Part shown: piece after piece, positions 10,190 through 21,324 of the stretch
How positions within the stretch are numbered: position 1 is the stretch's first letter
How the letters are laid out: each line of letters opens with the position of its first letter
Source: a virus
Lineage: Duplodnaviria > Heunggongvirae > Uroviricota > Caudoviricetes
Length of the DNA: 40,415 nt
Virus record (IMG/VR): IMGVR_UViG_2551306526_000008
Span: 1-40,415 of that record
Strand: one strand, 5' to 3'
Program-made: the position numbers and the translations under genes
Notes under the pieces: model-generated
Database searches by the model: none
What the model was told of the DNA's origin: nothing
Seen by the model: the letters and a program-made list of their open reading frames with translations, nothing else

Positions 10190-10882
10190 TTAAAACAACG
10201 AGCCAAGCAATCCGATACCAGCACCAATGCCAGCGCCCCAAGGCGTTGATGTTCCCAAAAGGCTGGCAAGACCTGCACCGGCAATCGCACCAGACGTGCC
10301 ACCGCTAATTGCAGTCTGAAGACTTGATGGTTTATTGGCATTAGCAGCGGCAAGTGCTGCGCTTTGCTGTGCAATGCTGCTCATGTTGTTGGCGTATGTC
10401 TGCCCGGCGTTTGCCTGACCTTGCAGCGCACCAAGCCCAACGTTTGCCAGATTGTTGTAATTGCTCATCTGGTTTGATAACCAAGACTGACCGAGAGTCG
10501 GCGCGATCGTAGCCAGTTGATTGCTTGTGGCTGTCGAACCAAGTCCCCCCGTCGCCTCCGCAGCAGTAAGACTCTGGTAACGAGCCTGACCTGCAAGGTC
10601 TTTATACTGCTGAGAGTTGTAATACTGATTAAGTGCCTGCCCCTGACCTTCTAAACTGGAAAGGTTCTGAAGCTGGTTAACATACTGCTCCGCAAGAGGC
10701 GTGAACGGAGCAAGGTTTTTCATGATCGTCTGCCACTGCTGATTTTGCAGGTCTGCGGCATACTTCTGAGCTTCTGCTGCATACTTTGCGCTTTTATCAG
10801 AGCTGCCACCTTTCCCGCCTTTTTCAGGGCAATAAGGTTCCTCGCCGCGCAGTTTTCTGCCCAGCTTAAATGCATATAACAT
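10190..10882 (-). CDS. Ejection protein, P22 gp7-like
   Basis: 230 aa, MLYAFKLGRKLRGEEP N-terminus; gene order. Confidence 0.8.
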   Translation of the reverse strand: MLYAFKLGRKLRGEEPYCPEKGGKGGSSDKSAKYAAEAQKYAADLQNQQWQTIMKNLAPFTPLAEQYVNQLQNLSSLEGQGQALNQYYNSQQYKDLAGQARYQSLTAAEATGGLGSTATSNQLATIAPTLGQSWLSNQMSNYNNLANVGLGALQGQANAGQTYANNMSSIAQQSAALAAANANKPSSLQTAISGGTSGAIAGAGLASLLGTSTPWGAGIGAGIGLLGSLF

Positions 10883-10884
10883 GG

Positions 10885-11340
10885 CTATCTCCCGTGATTC
10901 AGGAAGTCGATTAGTTCTTCGCGTGTAGCACTGTAAAATGTCACGTCATCCACGCCTTTGAAGTATTTCTTGATGGTTCCTACACGCTTAAGGCCAATCA
11001 TTGCGCAGTACATCTGACCGTGGCGGAATTTGCGTGCAGCGAACGATGTGACGCACTGAACGGTGGTGTTAGTCAGAATGTATCGCCAGAACGCAAGCCC
11101 GATTTCCTTGCTGAAGCCGCGAACCTCTGGCAGGTACATGGCGTGGCAATCGAATGTCAGCGGCTGAATCTCCTGATAGTAAACAATGCCGCCGAACTGC
11201 CCGTGCACGTTCACCTCAAAGTAACGGCAATCATGTTTATAGTCGTATCCATCACCGTTGTTGCTCCCGGCAATAATGTCAGGGTGATTTCCGACTGCTT
11301 CGATCAAGTCGATGTTTCGCGTTGGTTTGAATGTAATCAT
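10885..11340 (-). CDS. P22 gp14-like virion protein
   Basis: 151 aa at the gp14 position between tail needle and gp7. Confidence 0.65.
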   Translation of the reverse strand: MITFKPTRNIDLIEAVGNHPDIIAGSNNGDGYDYKHDCRYFEVNVHGQFGGIVYYQEIQPLTFDCHAMYLPEVRGFSKEIGLAFWRYILTNTTVQCVTSFAARKFRHGQMYCAMIGLKRVGTIKKYFKGVDDVTFYSATREELIDFLNHGR

Positions 11341-12041
11341 CAGTCAATCAGCCCATGTAATCTAAGTGCTGTTTCAAGCGCCAGAATACGCTGCCGCGCC
11401 TGCTGCAAACCTGTAGCGAGAGCCGCGACTTCGGATTGTGTGTACGTAGTGCCGACCGTGTATGACTGGTTAGCGTTGAATGAGCCAAGAAGAGGTGTAC
11501 CTGTGGCTGCAGTCCATCCGGTATTTCTTGCTCCAACAACCTGAATTCCATCAACTGAATATGATGTTTTTACATCCAGCGGTGACGCAAGAGACTGCGA
11601 TTCGGTTACGGTTTTCGATACGTAATCACTCTTAATGTCAGATACATCGCTTTCTACGCCATCCAGTCTTTGGTCAACAGTGACCAGATGCGCCTGAATA
11701 TCGATAACCTCATCCAGCAAGTAATCAACATCGCTACGCAGTACGACTATCTTCCCTTCGGCGGTTGTTAACCTGACCTCAAGGAGATTTATCGCTTTTG
11801 TGTTTGCGGTGATTCTTGCATCGTGGTCAGCCAGTTCGACATCCTGCTCATCGTTCCTGACCTGTGCATCATAAGCGCCCTGTCCGGCCTCGTTGGCCTT
11901 GTTAGCCACGTTACCAACATCAGTGCCCTGTGCGATAACGTAAAGCAGATACGACTGCGAGAAGATATTGCGTGGAAGGACTGATGTGTCGAGCCGTGTA
12001 GCCTGAATGATTACCGGCACATTGAGATTCGAATCCGCCAT
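11340..12041 (-). CDS. Tail needle protein, P22 gp26-like
   Basis: 233 aa; N-terminus [43 protein letters not shown] and C-terminal ...[12 protein letters not shown] resemble recalled P22 gp26. Confidence 0.85.
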   Translation of the reverse strand: MADSNLNVPVIIQATRLDTSVLPRNIFSQSYLLYVIAQGTDVGNVANKANEAGQGAYDAQVRNDEQDVELADHDARITANTKAINLLEVRLTTAEGKIVVLRSDVDYLLDEVIDIQAHLVTVDQRLDGVESDVSDIKSDYVSKTVTESQSLASPLDVKTSYSVDGIQVVGARNTGWTAATGTPLLGSFNANQSYTVGTTYTQSEVAALATGLQQARQRILALETALRLHGLID

Positions 12042-13459
12042 TACTCAATCCTTATCTGAGCGCCAGACAGAGTGACAGGTGACTTCGTGATAACGCGCAA
12101 TTTGAAACCAATGTTTTTCCTGATGCGCCCTACTTTCTTCCACAAAACGCGTTTGTCGTAAACGAACGGCTCATTCTGCTCAATCATCTGCTCACGACCG
12201 TAATTTATGCCGTCAGTGGTTGCAGAGAGGAACAGGCGGTCGGCGTACTGCGCAACGCCAGTTGACGATTCAACCTCAAGGTCGAACACTCTGGCGTTAT
12301 CCGCTTTGAACAACGGAGTAAACAGCAGGTGTTCCTGTTGAAGGCTATACTGACTGCTGATATCGAACTGCAATTTCCCGGTCACGGAATCCAGCTTATC
12401 GCCGCACGTTATCTGATTACCTTCGTAAATGAAGTCGATAGCGCGGTACACATCGTCATACAGTCCTGTTTTCAGCACACACCATTGCGGACCATTAGCG
12501 CTTGAAGATGCGTCATACACAAGGACGTGGCGCGTAAGATGGATAATCAGCAACTCATGAGCATCAAATCGCAGAGACTCCATCACGCCATCAGCCAGTT
12601 CATCAGCAGTGTAGGAGCGGAGAATTTTCTCAATGCTCGCGCTGGCTATTGGTGACACCTGCCCGGAGCCGATGATATACACAGACGGCGCACCTGTTGC
12701 CGGATTGCTGATAAACGCATACGAATCAGCGAATGGCGTTTTGCAGTAAGTCCCGGCAATGCCTTTTTGCACCATCAGTGATGGCTGTGCGACATACAAA
12801 GCGGCACCAACAGTGGTTGCGCCCGTCAGGGAGAAATATTCAATCGTTGATGAACCAAAGCAGACGATGAAGTCTCGCCATGTTCCGATGCCGATGATGC
12901 CGTCAGGCTGCGATTCTGCACGATATTGTGCGCTATATCGGTCAGGATGTGATTCATCTTCAAGGTCAGTGATGAACCATGAATCAGTTCCGTCTTTTGA
13001 CCACGCATAACGCCCACGTAAGCGCGTAATGTCGCGGACTGAGCCTAACTCATACTGCGTGAATCCGCTGTCTGTAGGCCAGTTTGAGACGGTTTTAACC
13101 GTGCCATCATAGCGATACTCGACCAGTTGACCATTAACGCCTACCGCCTGTGATGTCCGACCATGCGCCATTGATACACGACCACTTCCGGCAACATCAC
13201 CGACTTCGCTTTCGCCCTTATACAGCTTGCCCCCGCACACGCGATAAACAGCACTCTGCGCCATGTTGTACTCGACGCCGCGAGATACGCCGTTCACATC
13301 AGAGCGTTTGGCAATGCCCGGGAATGAGCGAAGATATCCGCTGCTGTTGAGTATTTCTTTGGGTGTAGCCAGCATATTCACTGGCAGATAGTCGATATAG
13401 TCGGCGTTTCGAAAGTCTTTGCCGACACCTTTCATAAGCGGAAGTTGCTGAATCGGCAT
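12041..13459 (-). CDS. Tail accessory (head-completion) protein, P22 gp10-like
   Basis: 472 aa, same length and position as P22 gp10. Confidence 0.8.
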   Translation of the reverse strand: MPIQQLPLMKGVGKDFRNADYIDYLPVNMLATPKEILNSSGYLRSFPGIAKRSDVNGVSRGVEYNMAQSAVYRVCGGKLYKGESEVGDVAGSGRVSMAHGRTSQAVGVNGQLVEYRYDGTVKTVSNWPTDSGFTQYELGSVRDITRLRGRYAWSKDGTDSWFITDLEDESHPDRYSAQYRAESQPDGIIGIGTWRDFIVCFGSSTIEYFSLTGATTVGAALYVAQPSLMVQKGIAGTYCKTPFADSYAFISNPATGAPSVYIIGSGQVSPIASASIEKILRSYTADELADGVMESLRFDAHELLIIHLTRHVLVYDASSSANGPQWCVLKTGLYDDVYRAIDFIYEGNQITCGDKLDSVTGKLQFDISSQYSLQQEHLLFTPLFKADNARVFDLEVESSTGVAQYADRLFLSATTDGINYGREQMIEQNEPFVYDKRVLWKKVGRIRKNIGFKLRVITKSPVTLSGAQIRIE

Positions 13460-13468
13460 TTATTCACC

Positions 13469-13930
13469 TCACGTACTCGGATCATCTTTCTCGATGTAAA
13501 ACCGATTCCACGTAAACGCGCTTTTGTTACCACTACCGCGAGGCATGTCATTTCGCCGCTCAAGTGGTGGTATTTTGGTTAAAGCGATACAGATTGTCTG
13601 ATATGCACTGTCAGCAGCGGTAAGGAGAGCGTCTGACGGCTGAATGACGTTATCCATGCACACTTGCACAGCGAGTTTCAAAGCGACGCCATTATTTGCC
13701 CATGCAGGGATACCTGAATCATCGTCAGGTAACGGCATGATGCCGTTTTCTGTATCAGCAAACTGATATCCAAGCTCGATACCTTTAGCCTGCCATGCTG
13801 CCATCATGTCTTCGAGGTCATTAATGGCATCTTCAATTGCCTGAGGGTCAGCATCTGTCAACGTGGCATTGGAATACAGCCCGGCTTTTCGTAAAGCCTT
13901 AAGAACGAGATCACCCTTCGTTTTCGCCAT
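13469..13930 (-). CDS. Tail accessory / head-tail adaptor protein, P22 gp4-like
   Basis: 153-aa ORF at the gp4 position just downstream of coat. Confidence 0.7.
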   Translation of the reverse strand: MAKTKGDLVLKALRKAGLYSNATLTDADPQAIEDAINDLEDMMAAWQAKGIELGYQFADTENGIMPLPDDDSGIPAWANNGVALKLAVQVCMDNVIQPSDALLTAADSAYQTICIALTKIPPLERRNDMPRGSGNKSAFTWNRFYIEKDDPST

Positions 13931-14099
13931 CTTCTTCCGCCTTAGCCACTTTATGCTTCGTTGCGGTTTCTTCAGGAGTTTTTACCCAGCCTTTTTTCAG
14001 GTGAGATTTAACTTCTTCGTCATCAACAATGATGTAATCGACAGCAAACTGACCACAGGTGATCATGTTGCCAGGCTTATAGAGCATTGTTCGTGCCAT
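13911..14099 (-). CDS. Small hypothetical protein between coat and gp4
   Basis: ORF 13911-14138 trimmed to ATG at 14099 with GGAGA Shine-Dalgarno; 62 aa. Confidence 0.4.
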   Translation of the reverse strand: MARTMLYKPGNMITCGQFAVDYIIVDDEEVKSHLKKGWVKTPEETATKHKVAKAEEDGENEG

Positions 14100-14140
14100 T
14101 GTCTTCTCCCAATAAAAATGGGGCCGAAGCCCCACCAAAA

Positions 14141-15394
14141 TTACTGCCCGGCAATAACGATGCCCGTATATTCAGGAACAAGTACAGAGCAACCGTACAG
14201 GGTGGTGAAACGCGCAGTGGTTACACCTTTGATGTGGTCGAAGGCGTAAGACATGATCAGCGTAGCGCCCTGCTCGGTGGTTGCTGTCATTACCTGTGGA
14301 CCCTGACCAGTCGGGAACGCCAGTTTGCCGTACATCAGTTCAACAGAACCATCAGCCCAGAACAGGTTAGCCGGTGCGGCATTTTTGTTGAGAATGGTGA
14401 TTGCTGCGCTACTTGCCGCATTAGCATCAACGTTTGCATATGGACGGCTGGCGACATCCGCGTTGTCAGGCGGCAGAATTTTCGGGGATATAGTTACTGT
14501 CGTTCCGCTAACTGCCAGAACGCGGAATACCTGCGGCTGCCCAGTGGTATCTTTGGTGATCTGGTGTACGGAATTCACCCCTGCGATGGTAAACGCATCG
14601 CCAACCTGCAAACCTTCAGCAGATACCGTAATGGTCCCCTGTCGGTTATCCACTGGCATATCGTTAGCATCTTTCGCTTCAACCTTGTGCGCAGGTGCTG
14701 CTGCCAGCGTAATGGAAGTTGCTGTACCCTTCGGAACACGACCGGAAATATCGGTCTTGTAGCTATCGAAGGACGCAACCGGAGGGATCTGCGCTTTTTC
14801 GTATGCTGTCAGGGTTGCGCCCTGAGCATAAGCACGGTGACCAAGCTCGCCAGCAAGGTCTTTATAGTTGAAGGGATTCCAGAAAGAGCGGCGGTTGATA
14901 CCCTGTGGTACACCAATCGCCGTCATGGTGGCATCAATACCTGCCGCACAGTTCCACAAATCACGGCCCTGTGAACCAGTGGTTGAGTCAGCCATTGTGA
15001 TCACGTTAGTAGCACGCTGCGTGACCATGGAAATCAGGTCAGAGTCAATCTGTGCAGCAAGGCGCATACCTGCGGCGCGACCAGCTTCAGTTTTATGCTC
15101 AGGGTCACGCATTTCACGCGCATCCAGAGTGTACAGAATGTTTTTCGGCTCCTTGAACACAGAAGGAACAAGGCGCTGAACCAGTGCTGTTGGCGTTTTG
15201 CTGCTGAGATCGAGGCCTTCTTCAATGTTCATGTGGTAATGCTGCGGACGATACAGAACATCACCTGCTCGCTGCATTGCTGTATCACCGGGACGGAATT
15301 TTTTAGCGTTACGGGAAACTACGCAGGCGGCCTCAAAGCCTTCAACGTAGTTTTCGAACATGATTTCAAGGTCTTTTGCTAATTGGTTAGTCAT
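14141..15394 (-). CDS. Major coat protein (P22/Sf6-like)
   Basis: 417 aa between scaffold and gp4; C-terminal region (NLFWADGSVELMY) echoes P22 gp5 (NVFWADDAIRIV). Confidence 0.8.
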   Translation of the reverse strand: MTNQLAKDLEIMFENYVEGFEAACVVSRNAKKFRPGDTAMQRAGDVLYRPQHYHMNIEEGLDLSSKTPTALVQRLVPSVFKEPKNILYTLDAREMRDPEHKTEAGRAAGMRLAAQIDSDLISMVTQRATNVITMADSTTGSQGRDLWNCAAGIDATMTAIGVPQGINRRSFWNPFNYKDLAGELGHRAYAQGATLTAYEKAQIPPVASFDSYKTDISGRVPKGTATSITLAAAPAHKVEAKDANDMPVDNRQGTITVSAEGLQVGDAFTIAGVNSVHQITKDTTGQPQVFRVLAVSGTTVTISPKILPPDNADVASRPYANVDANAASSAAITILNKNAAPANLFWADGSVELMYGKLAFPTGQGPQVMTATTEQGATLIMSYAFDHIKGVTTARFTTLYGCSVLVPEYTGIVIAGQ

Positions 15395-16307
15395 GCTTAA
15401 TGCTCCGATAGGTTATTTTTTTTGCCTTTTTAGCGGCGAAATACGGCGTCCAGTCACCAGTTTCCAGCGCCTTGGCTTTCAGTTTGTCGAGGTTATTGAT
15501 TACTGCGCCGTTGCTCCCCTTAACTGTCGGGGTTGTGGCTGCCGTGGTTTTTGCTTTTGGCATGATTCTGGCCTTCGATTCGATACGTTCCAGCAGACGA
15601 CCAATTGCTACGGGGTTAGTAGCTTCTGCCAGTTGCTTGCGCAGTTCAGCGTTGCGACCGAGCGCCAGAACAACGATTTCCGGCTTCTCTGACTCAAACA
15701 GGATCGCGTTTTGTGTCTCGATGGGAATTTCCTCGAGTACGGCCTGCTCAGCTTCCTGATAGCCAGGAACTTTGAGAGCCTTAACACGTTGCTGATATTT
15801 GGATAATCGCTCTTGATAGGCAGCCTGAAGCTCCTGCTCCTTCTGCTTGCGAGCCATCTCCTGTTGCTGGTACTTTCCGTTATCCTCTGCCCACTTAGCC
15901 ATGCGTTGCTGATAGATTTCTTCATCGAAACCGATGTCCTCATCATCCAGTTTTGGCATTCGCGGTGGTTGAGTGATTACCGGCTGCTGCTCGACGGGTT
16001 TCTGAGACTGACGCATCAGCTCTTTCAGCTCGCGGTCTTTCTCTTTAATCGTCTTGCGCAGGTGTTTTACCAGTCCATGCTCTGCGCTATCTTCGCTGGT
16101 TGGCGAATCCAGCTTTTCGTCACCAAAGTAGAATTCCTGTTCTGATTCGTCGTCATCAGTTTCAGTAGCTTCCTCTGCATCATTGCCGGAGGACTCACTG
16201 CCATTTTCTGTTTCGACTTCTTCAACCAGTTCGACATCATCAGGAATCTGCTCTGACGCGTCGGTTTCGATTTCAACTTCTGGTGTGTTTTCTGCCATCT
16301 GGTCCAT
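15387..16307 (-). CDS. Scaffolding protein
   Basis: 306 aa, acidic and helix-rich, located between portal and coat as P22 gp8. Confidence 0.8.
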   Translation of the reverse strand: MDQMAENTPEVEIETDASEQIPDDVELVEEVETENGSESSGNDAEEATETDDDESEQEFYFGDEKLDSPTSEDSAEHGLVKHLRKTIKEKDRELKELMRQSQKPVEQQPVITQPPRMPKLDDEDIGFDEEIYQQRMAKWAEDNGKYQQQEMARKQKEQELQAAYQERLSKYQQRVKALKVPGYQEAEQAVLEEIPIETQNAILFESEKPEIVVLALGRNAELRKQLAEATNPVAIGRLLERIESKARIMPKAKTTAATTPTVKGSNGAVINNLDKLKAKALETGDWTPYFAAKKAKKITYRSIKHD

Positions 16308-16397
16308 TTGTTACCCCTGTTTACTCGATGTTCAGCCCATCGGAAGGCAATAGGGTGCCAGGCCTCATAAAGACAGCCATTGCACGTTATGGGTTAA

Positions 16398-18596
16398 TTA
16401 CTGCTGTGGTTGTTGTTGAGTTGATTTTTGCAGGATGCTGCTGATGTCCATGCGCTGCGCATGACCCTGTGCCTGACTTTTCAGGACAAGCTCTGCATCA
16501 GCACGGGCATTGTCTCCTTGCTGTTGCTGGAACTGTCCGAGCAGTTTCAGAGCCTCGCGGATATCAGATTTCTGCTGACTATCGGCAGATGCGAGTATTT
16601 TCACAACATTTGCCGCTGCAACCTGAGCATCAGTCTGTGCCTGGAATGCTTTAACCTGAATGGCTGCCTGTTCGTTCTGCGCTTTCTGCAATTCAGCCTG
16701 ACCAGCAAGAAGCTGACCTTGCGCAGCAACCATAGCCGGATCTGGCTGACTGGCCTGTTGTTGTTTCGCCTGCTCAACCATCTGCTGTTCTTCTGGTGTT
16801 CTCGGCTTGATAACTCCAGACAGAAGCAACTGATTGCGGTTGTATTCTTTAAGGTCGCCCATCCCTTCGCCGTCCATATTGTCGAGAATCATCGACGATA
16901 CAAGGTCGTGCTTCGGCGTTCCTGGTGGGATAAGTGCCAGCATGGAAAGTAACGACTTAACCGTTGCATCACGGCGAGTAGCGAACGACTGACCAACATC
17001 GACAGTCACTTCATAGTTACCCTGCGAAAGGTCGTTAAGCGCGATAACCTGCCCTGTCTGACGGTCAACCACTTCACCAGTCATCAGCGCCACGTCATCG
17101 CTGCCGTCCTCATTAACGATACGCATCGGCGTATCACTGCCATAGACCTCACGCGCCATAGAAAGCCACACAACGCCAGCGCGGCGCATGGATTTAGCCA
17201 TGTTGTCCATGTAGATATAGGACTGCGTGTCCATCCGGTTAAAAATGCTATCAACGGTATCGGTGGCGACGTTGCTCGGCATGTTCTCAAGCTGCGACGC
17301 ACCTGTAATTTGCTGAATAGCCGTTCCGGTGTACTGCAATAGCCCGGCAAGAGCTGGCGGCATTTGTGTCGGAGGTGTCCAGCCAGCAACCTGAGCTTCT
17401 GAAATGACTGTTCCGTTTTTGTCCTTCTTGCTGGTCATAGGAAGAACTGCAGGTCTTTTCTTATTCCTCTCTGCCCAGTGATTCATTAATGGGCCGGGAA
17501 TGAAATCAACATCCACGATAGGAATGCCATCACCGCCAGCCTGAGTAGCGTTATCTGCAATCATGGAAACCATCAGGTTCTCAAGACGCTGTGCATCCAT
17601 CGCTTTTGCTGCGTGACCTTCGATTCGCTCCTGATTATCAACAAATGAGCGACGCCCATATACCGGGATGAGAGGAATATGTTCGCCCGGAATACGCTTC
17701 GGTTCTTCCAGCCATTCAGCGCCAGACAGAAGACCGCAATAAACTCTGCGTTTCTTCACTGTCCGCTCACCAATCAGTTCGAATGCGCCATCGGTCAGCT
17801 CGTCGACAATATCTTTGATTTGCTCTTCATCATAGATTGCCGTTTCTCCGCTAACAGGGTTGCGCCACGCCGTGAGCTTCACCTTCTCTATGCGAACTTC
17901 GTAGTAGCGACCAACATAGATGGCATCTGGCGTTGACCAGTCATATTGAGTGCCAGTGTCATCACGAGAAAGGCTTGCCGCGATGGAATCAGGGTATTCA
18001 GCCTCGAACGCTTTAGGCGTCATGGAGAACATTTCCATAGCCCACATAGCATCAGAGCGGTCATATTGCTTGCTGTCCTGATCGAAGAAGACGCATGTCG
18101 CTGGGTCGTAAACAGGAAGAAGGCTGATGCGTCGCTGCTCGTTACTCGGATCCATTTCATCTTCGTAATCGGCACACATGCGGAAACAACCGAATCCGCC
18201 CGTTACAGCATCATCAAATGCGTTATCACACGCTTCGCCACCGGATGTTTCCTGATAGTCAGCGCGGAATTTGCCGTTCATCTTTTCGGCTAACGCTTCC
18301 GATGCCTTATCGTCCTTCGGTCTGAATTTAACGCTTATGCGATTCTGTCGATACTCGCCAATGATGCGATCACATTCGCGGGCAATCTTATTCAGTTCAA
18401 AGCGCGGATAATGCTCAAACCTGCCTTCATCAAATGAGTAACCAGCGTTTGTGCTGCCTTCCCACTGTGCGCCGGACACCCGGACGAAACGTTGAGCCTC
18501 AATAATCTGCTCACGCATATCCTGCGTTGCTGACCAGGCATTATCAAAGTTGCACAGCACCTTGCGATGCCAGTCAGTCATCTTTTTTTCTGCCAT
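16398..18596 (-). CDS. Portal protein (P22 gp1-like)
   Basis: 732 aa with Gln-rich C-terminal tail; immediately downstream of terminase large subunit. Confidence 0.85.
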   Translation of the reverse strand: MAEKKMTDWHRKVLCNFDNAWSATQDMREQIIEAQRFVRVSGAQWEGSTNAGYSFDEGRFEHYPRFELNKIARECDRIIGEYRQNRISVKFRPKDDKASEALAEKMNGKFRADYQETSGGEACDNAFDDAVTGGFGCFRMCADYEDEMDPSNEQRRISLLPVYDPATCVFFDQDSKQYDRSDAMWAMEMFSMTPKAFEAEYPDSIAASLSRDDTGTQYDWSTPDAIYVGRYYEVRIEKVKLTAWRNPVSGETAIYDEEQIKDIVDELTDGAFELIGERTVKKRRVYCGLLSGAEWLEEPKRIPGEHIPLIPVYGRRSFVDNQERIEGHAAKAMDAQRLENLMVSMIADNATQAGGDGIPIVDVDFIPGPLMNHWAERNKKRPAVLPMTSKKDKNGTVISEAQVAGWTPPTQMPPALAGLLQYTGTAIQQITGASQLENMPSNVATDTVDSIFNRMDTQSYIYMDNMAKSMRRAGVVWLSMAREVYGSDTPMRIVNEDGSDDVALMTGEVVDRQTGQVIALNDLSQGNYEVTVDVGQSFATRRDATVKSLLSMLALIPPGTPKHDLVSSMILDNMDGEGMGDLKEYNRNQLLLSGVIKPRTPEEQQMVEQAKQQQASQPDPAMVAAQGQLLAGQAELQKAQNEQAAIQVKAFQAQTDAQVAAANVVKILASADSQQKSDIREALKLLGQFQQQQGDNARADAELVLKSQAQGHAQRMDISSILQKSTQQQPQQ

Positions 18597-18597
18597 A

Positions 18598-20013
18598 TCA
18601 ACCTACACCACAAGGAATTGAGTAACTGGAATAGTCGGGTTGCGCAGCCGACTCCGGGCAATGCATACACATCATCAGAGCATCAGCCAGGTTGGGAGAT
18701 GGAATACCGAGCTTCTGCTTCATTTCGACCTTAGTCATTAGCTCCAGCTTCCCGTTGTTATTGAATTTGCGCTGAATCTGCGTCAGTTCTGCAAACAGCT
18801 TCTCCAGCATCTTCTCGCCTATCGCTTCTTTGTCGAAACTCAGCATGTCGTCGGGGTCTGCATACTCACCGTGAACAACCGCCCGATATGTCAGATACAG
18901 CCTGTCAGCCAGCGCGTAATAGAATTGCGCTCGCTTATTGCGGAATACATCGCCAATAGTGCGAACGTTGTCGCCCTGTACGACTTCATCAGCCCATGCT
19001 CCGGCCTGATACGGAGCATCTTCATCGAATGGCGATTCGCTGCCCTTGAACATCGTGGCGGTGATTTTCTTGCCGGAGAAAGCTTCCGTTGTCTGTCTGC
19101 GTAGCCCAGCACCAACACCATCACCATCCCACAGGTAATGGTCAGCGCCGTCTTCAATCGCCAGCGAAGTAGCCCAGTCAGCACCCTCGTTGATGTCCAT
19201 CAGCAGGCCTTCGGCAATGCGCTTAACAACCGAACCGTGACGCGATGCATAACCTTTAGCATCCGGCCCTGTATCTGATGGGTCATGCGCAGAAACAACC
19301 GCGCCTTTCGCTTTCCATCCGAGTTTCTTGTGCGCATCGGTTGCGGCTTCAAGCCATTCACGTTTGATGATTGCCATATCACTTGCGCTTACTGGCTCAC
19401 CAAGCCAGATGTGACGATACAATGTCGGATTTCTGCGTTTGCACTCTTCCATCTCCAGACGGAGAACTTCAGGAAAGTGCGGGTTGTCGGTGTAGTTCAC
19501 CGTCAGCAGACAAATATCATCGGGAGGGTTTACTACGAATCGCTGATAGGTATCGTCGAGGATGTTTTTCGGGTTGAAGCTCACCCATATTTCGGAAAAT
19601 GGCTTGCGGATGGTTGGTATCAGGATATCCCATGATTCCTTCGTTACCGCTTCCGCTTCCTCCACCCAGCAGATATCAATACCTTCGAGCGATTTAATCT
19701 TCGTCGGGTTGTTTTTGATGCCGTAGAACATGAATTCAGCATTCGTTCCGAGATGACGAATCATGGAACGCTGAATTTCAAACTCAGCCGAATACCCTTC
19801 ACGCTCGATGGTATCTTCAAGCAACCGGATTACCGAATCGCTGATACTGTTTTGTAGTTCACGAGCGCAGAGAATACGCACTGGCTGCCGACGCGCCGCT
19901 TCAACAAGCAGCCTCGCAATTGCCCATGACTTACCGCTACCTCGACCGCCTTTGGCGACTTTGTAGCGATGCGCCTCAATGAACGGTTCAAAGATAGGAT
20001 TAATCGAGGTCAT
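18598..20013 (-). CDS. Terminase large subunit
   Basis: 471 aa; Walker A KGGRGSGKS near N-terminus; follows small terminase. Confidence 0.9.
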   Translation of the reverse strand: MTSINPIFEPFIEAHRYKVAKGGRGSGKSWAIARLLVEAARRQPVRILCARELQNSISDSVIRLLEDTIEREGYSAEFEIQRSMIRHLGTNAEFMFYGIKNNPTKIKSLEGIDICWVEEAEAVTKESWDILIPTIRKPFSEIWVSFNPKNILDDTYQRFVVNPPDDICLLTVNYTDNPHFPEVLRLEMEECKRRNPTLYRHIWLGEPVSASDMAIIKREWLEAATDAHKKLGWKAKGAVVSAHDPSDTGPDAKGYASRHGSVVKRIAEGLLMDINEGADWATSLAIEDGADHYLWDGDGVGAGLRRQTTEAFSGKKITATMFKGSESPFDEDAPYQAGAWADEVVQGDNVRTIGDVFRNKRAQFYYALADRLYLTYRAVVHGEYADPDDMLSFDKEAIGEKMLEKLFAELTQIQRKFNNNGKLELMTKVEMKQKLGIPSPNLADALMMCMHCPESAAQPDYSSYSIPCGVG

Positions 20014-20438
20014 TTTCCGAATAGAGTGCTCATCGGTGATGTTTCAATCTGGATTGCGCCGCCGTCCTTACCGACAAGCTCGTTAGTTACCTTGTCGCCA
20101 TACTTACGGGGATTCATTCGGGCCAACGCCCATTTGCGTGTATCAACGCGAAGTCTTGCCTTTGCCACTTCAGCAGCATCTGGAATCGCATTGTCAGCAA
20201 TTTCGAATATCTCTTCGAAAATAGAATCAGCTCGTGCCTCAGTTGCCTTCGCGTACTTGTCGCGAAAATCCTCATGCTTTGCCAACCAGCGGAAAACAGT
20301 GGACTTATCCGGCATACCAGGACGCTTACATACTTTCAGCAAACTTTCGCCAGAAGAAAGCAACGAGCAGATATCGTCAGCCACCTCCGGCATATAATCA
20401 GAGGGGCGACCAGCTTTTGGTTCAGTCGCCATATTCAT
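20010..20438 (-). CDS. Terminase small subunit (Sf6 gp1-like)
   Basis: 142-aa ORF; sequence from MATEPKAGRPSDYMPEVADD matches recalled Sf6 small terminase. Confidence 0.85.
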   Translation of the reverse strand: MNMATEPKAGRPSDYMPEVADDICSLLSSGESLLKVCKRPGMPDKSTVFRWLAKHEDFRDKYAKATEARADSIFEEIFEIADNAIPDAAEVAKARLRVDTRKWALARMNPRKYGDKVTNELVGKDGGAIQIETSPMSTLFGK

Positions 20439-20455
20439 CTCACTTAGTTGTTATT

Positions 20456-20635
20456 TCAGGCTGAGGACTCTTTCGCGCCTTCAATCAGTGACTGCTTCAG
20501 CAATTCAAGTGTGCCAATCGCCTCGCATAAACTGATTTCACCATCGTAATCATGGATGACGCTTTCCAGCCGCTTGTATAGCTCTTGAGTAATTGGGAAT
20601 TTCTTCTCCTTACCAAGATCAACGACGCTTGTCAT
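20456..20635 (-). CDS. Small hypothetical protein (59 aa) upstream of terS
   Basis: Untracked ORF read by hand: MTSVVDLGKEKKFPITQELYKRLESVIHDYDGEISLCEAIGTLELLKQSLIEGAKESSA; tightly packed in late operon. Confidence 0.4.
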   Translation of the reverse strand: MTSVVDLGKEKKFPITQELYKRLESVIHDYDGEISLCEAIGTLELLKQSLIEGAKESSA

Positions 20636-20644
20636 AGAGGATTC

Positions 20645-20932
20645 CTATAATTTTGAATATCCAGACTCAAATACCTCAGCAGGAGAATATGATTCATATC
20701 CATCCTCATAGACAACGTAATAGCCTCCAGACATTGGTCGGTGCTTACAGATATATTCCGCGCTAACATCAAATGCTGCGTATTTCTTATCATCCGGATG
20801 AATAATTGCCCCATAACTAGAAGATCCAGTCTTACCAGACTGATCTGGGTTTGGCTTATGTTCTATAGATCCAATCTTCAGGGCGCGAACTTTTTTGTGG
20901 CACTGGTATCTCGGCATTTCTTGTTCAGTCAT
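20645..20932 (-). CDS. Hypothetical late-operon protein
   Basis: 95-aa ORF, co-oriented and tightly spaced with neighbours. Confidence 0.5.
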   Translation of the reverse strand: MTEQEMPRYQCHKKVRALKIGSIEHKPNPDQSGKTGSSSYGAIIHPDDKKYAAFDVSAEYICKHRPMSGGYYVVYEDGYESYSPAEVFESGYSKL

Positions 20933-20935
20933 CTC

Positions 20936-21178
20936 TTACACTCCGGTGGTGAACAGGTCTAACGCTTCCTTCGATTTACGCACCGCTTCGATAGTGCGAG
21001 ACGTGAAGTCTGGATTTGCACCGCCATCGTTGTAGTGCAACTTGAACAATTCCAGTTTCAGCTGGTCAGCACCAATGAATGCAAAGGCTTCCTCTGCCGC
21101 TGAATTGTTCTTAGATAGCAGTCGGTAAATTTCTAACTTGAATTTCTGTTCTTCAGTCATGGGAATAATCTCTGCCAT
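20936..21178 (-). CDS. Hypothetical late-operon protein
   Basis: 80-aa ORF, 3 bp from next gene. Confidence 0.5.
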   Translation of the reverse strand: MAEIIPMTEEQKFKLEIYRLLSKNNSAAEEAFAFIGADQLKLELFKLHYNDGGANPDFTSRTIEAVRKSKEALDLFTTGV

Positions 21179-21324
21179 TGTTGGCTCCGTTTATCCGTTA
21201 AAAGGGATATCAGTTAAGTTATCCCGTGTAGGGTATAAGCCATTATCAAAGCCACTCTGTAGGGAATGGCTTTTGTGATGGCAATAAAAAAGGCCGACTT
21301 AGCGACCAATTTAATAATTAATTA

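Noticed and set aside
14087-14974. 295-aa plus-strand ORF
   Set aside because: Lies entirely antisense to the coat protein gene, whose identity and synteny are well supported.
20632-20814. 60-aa minus-strand ORF overlapping two annotated small ORFs
   Set aside because: It overlaps the 95-aa ORF in another frame and has no independent support.
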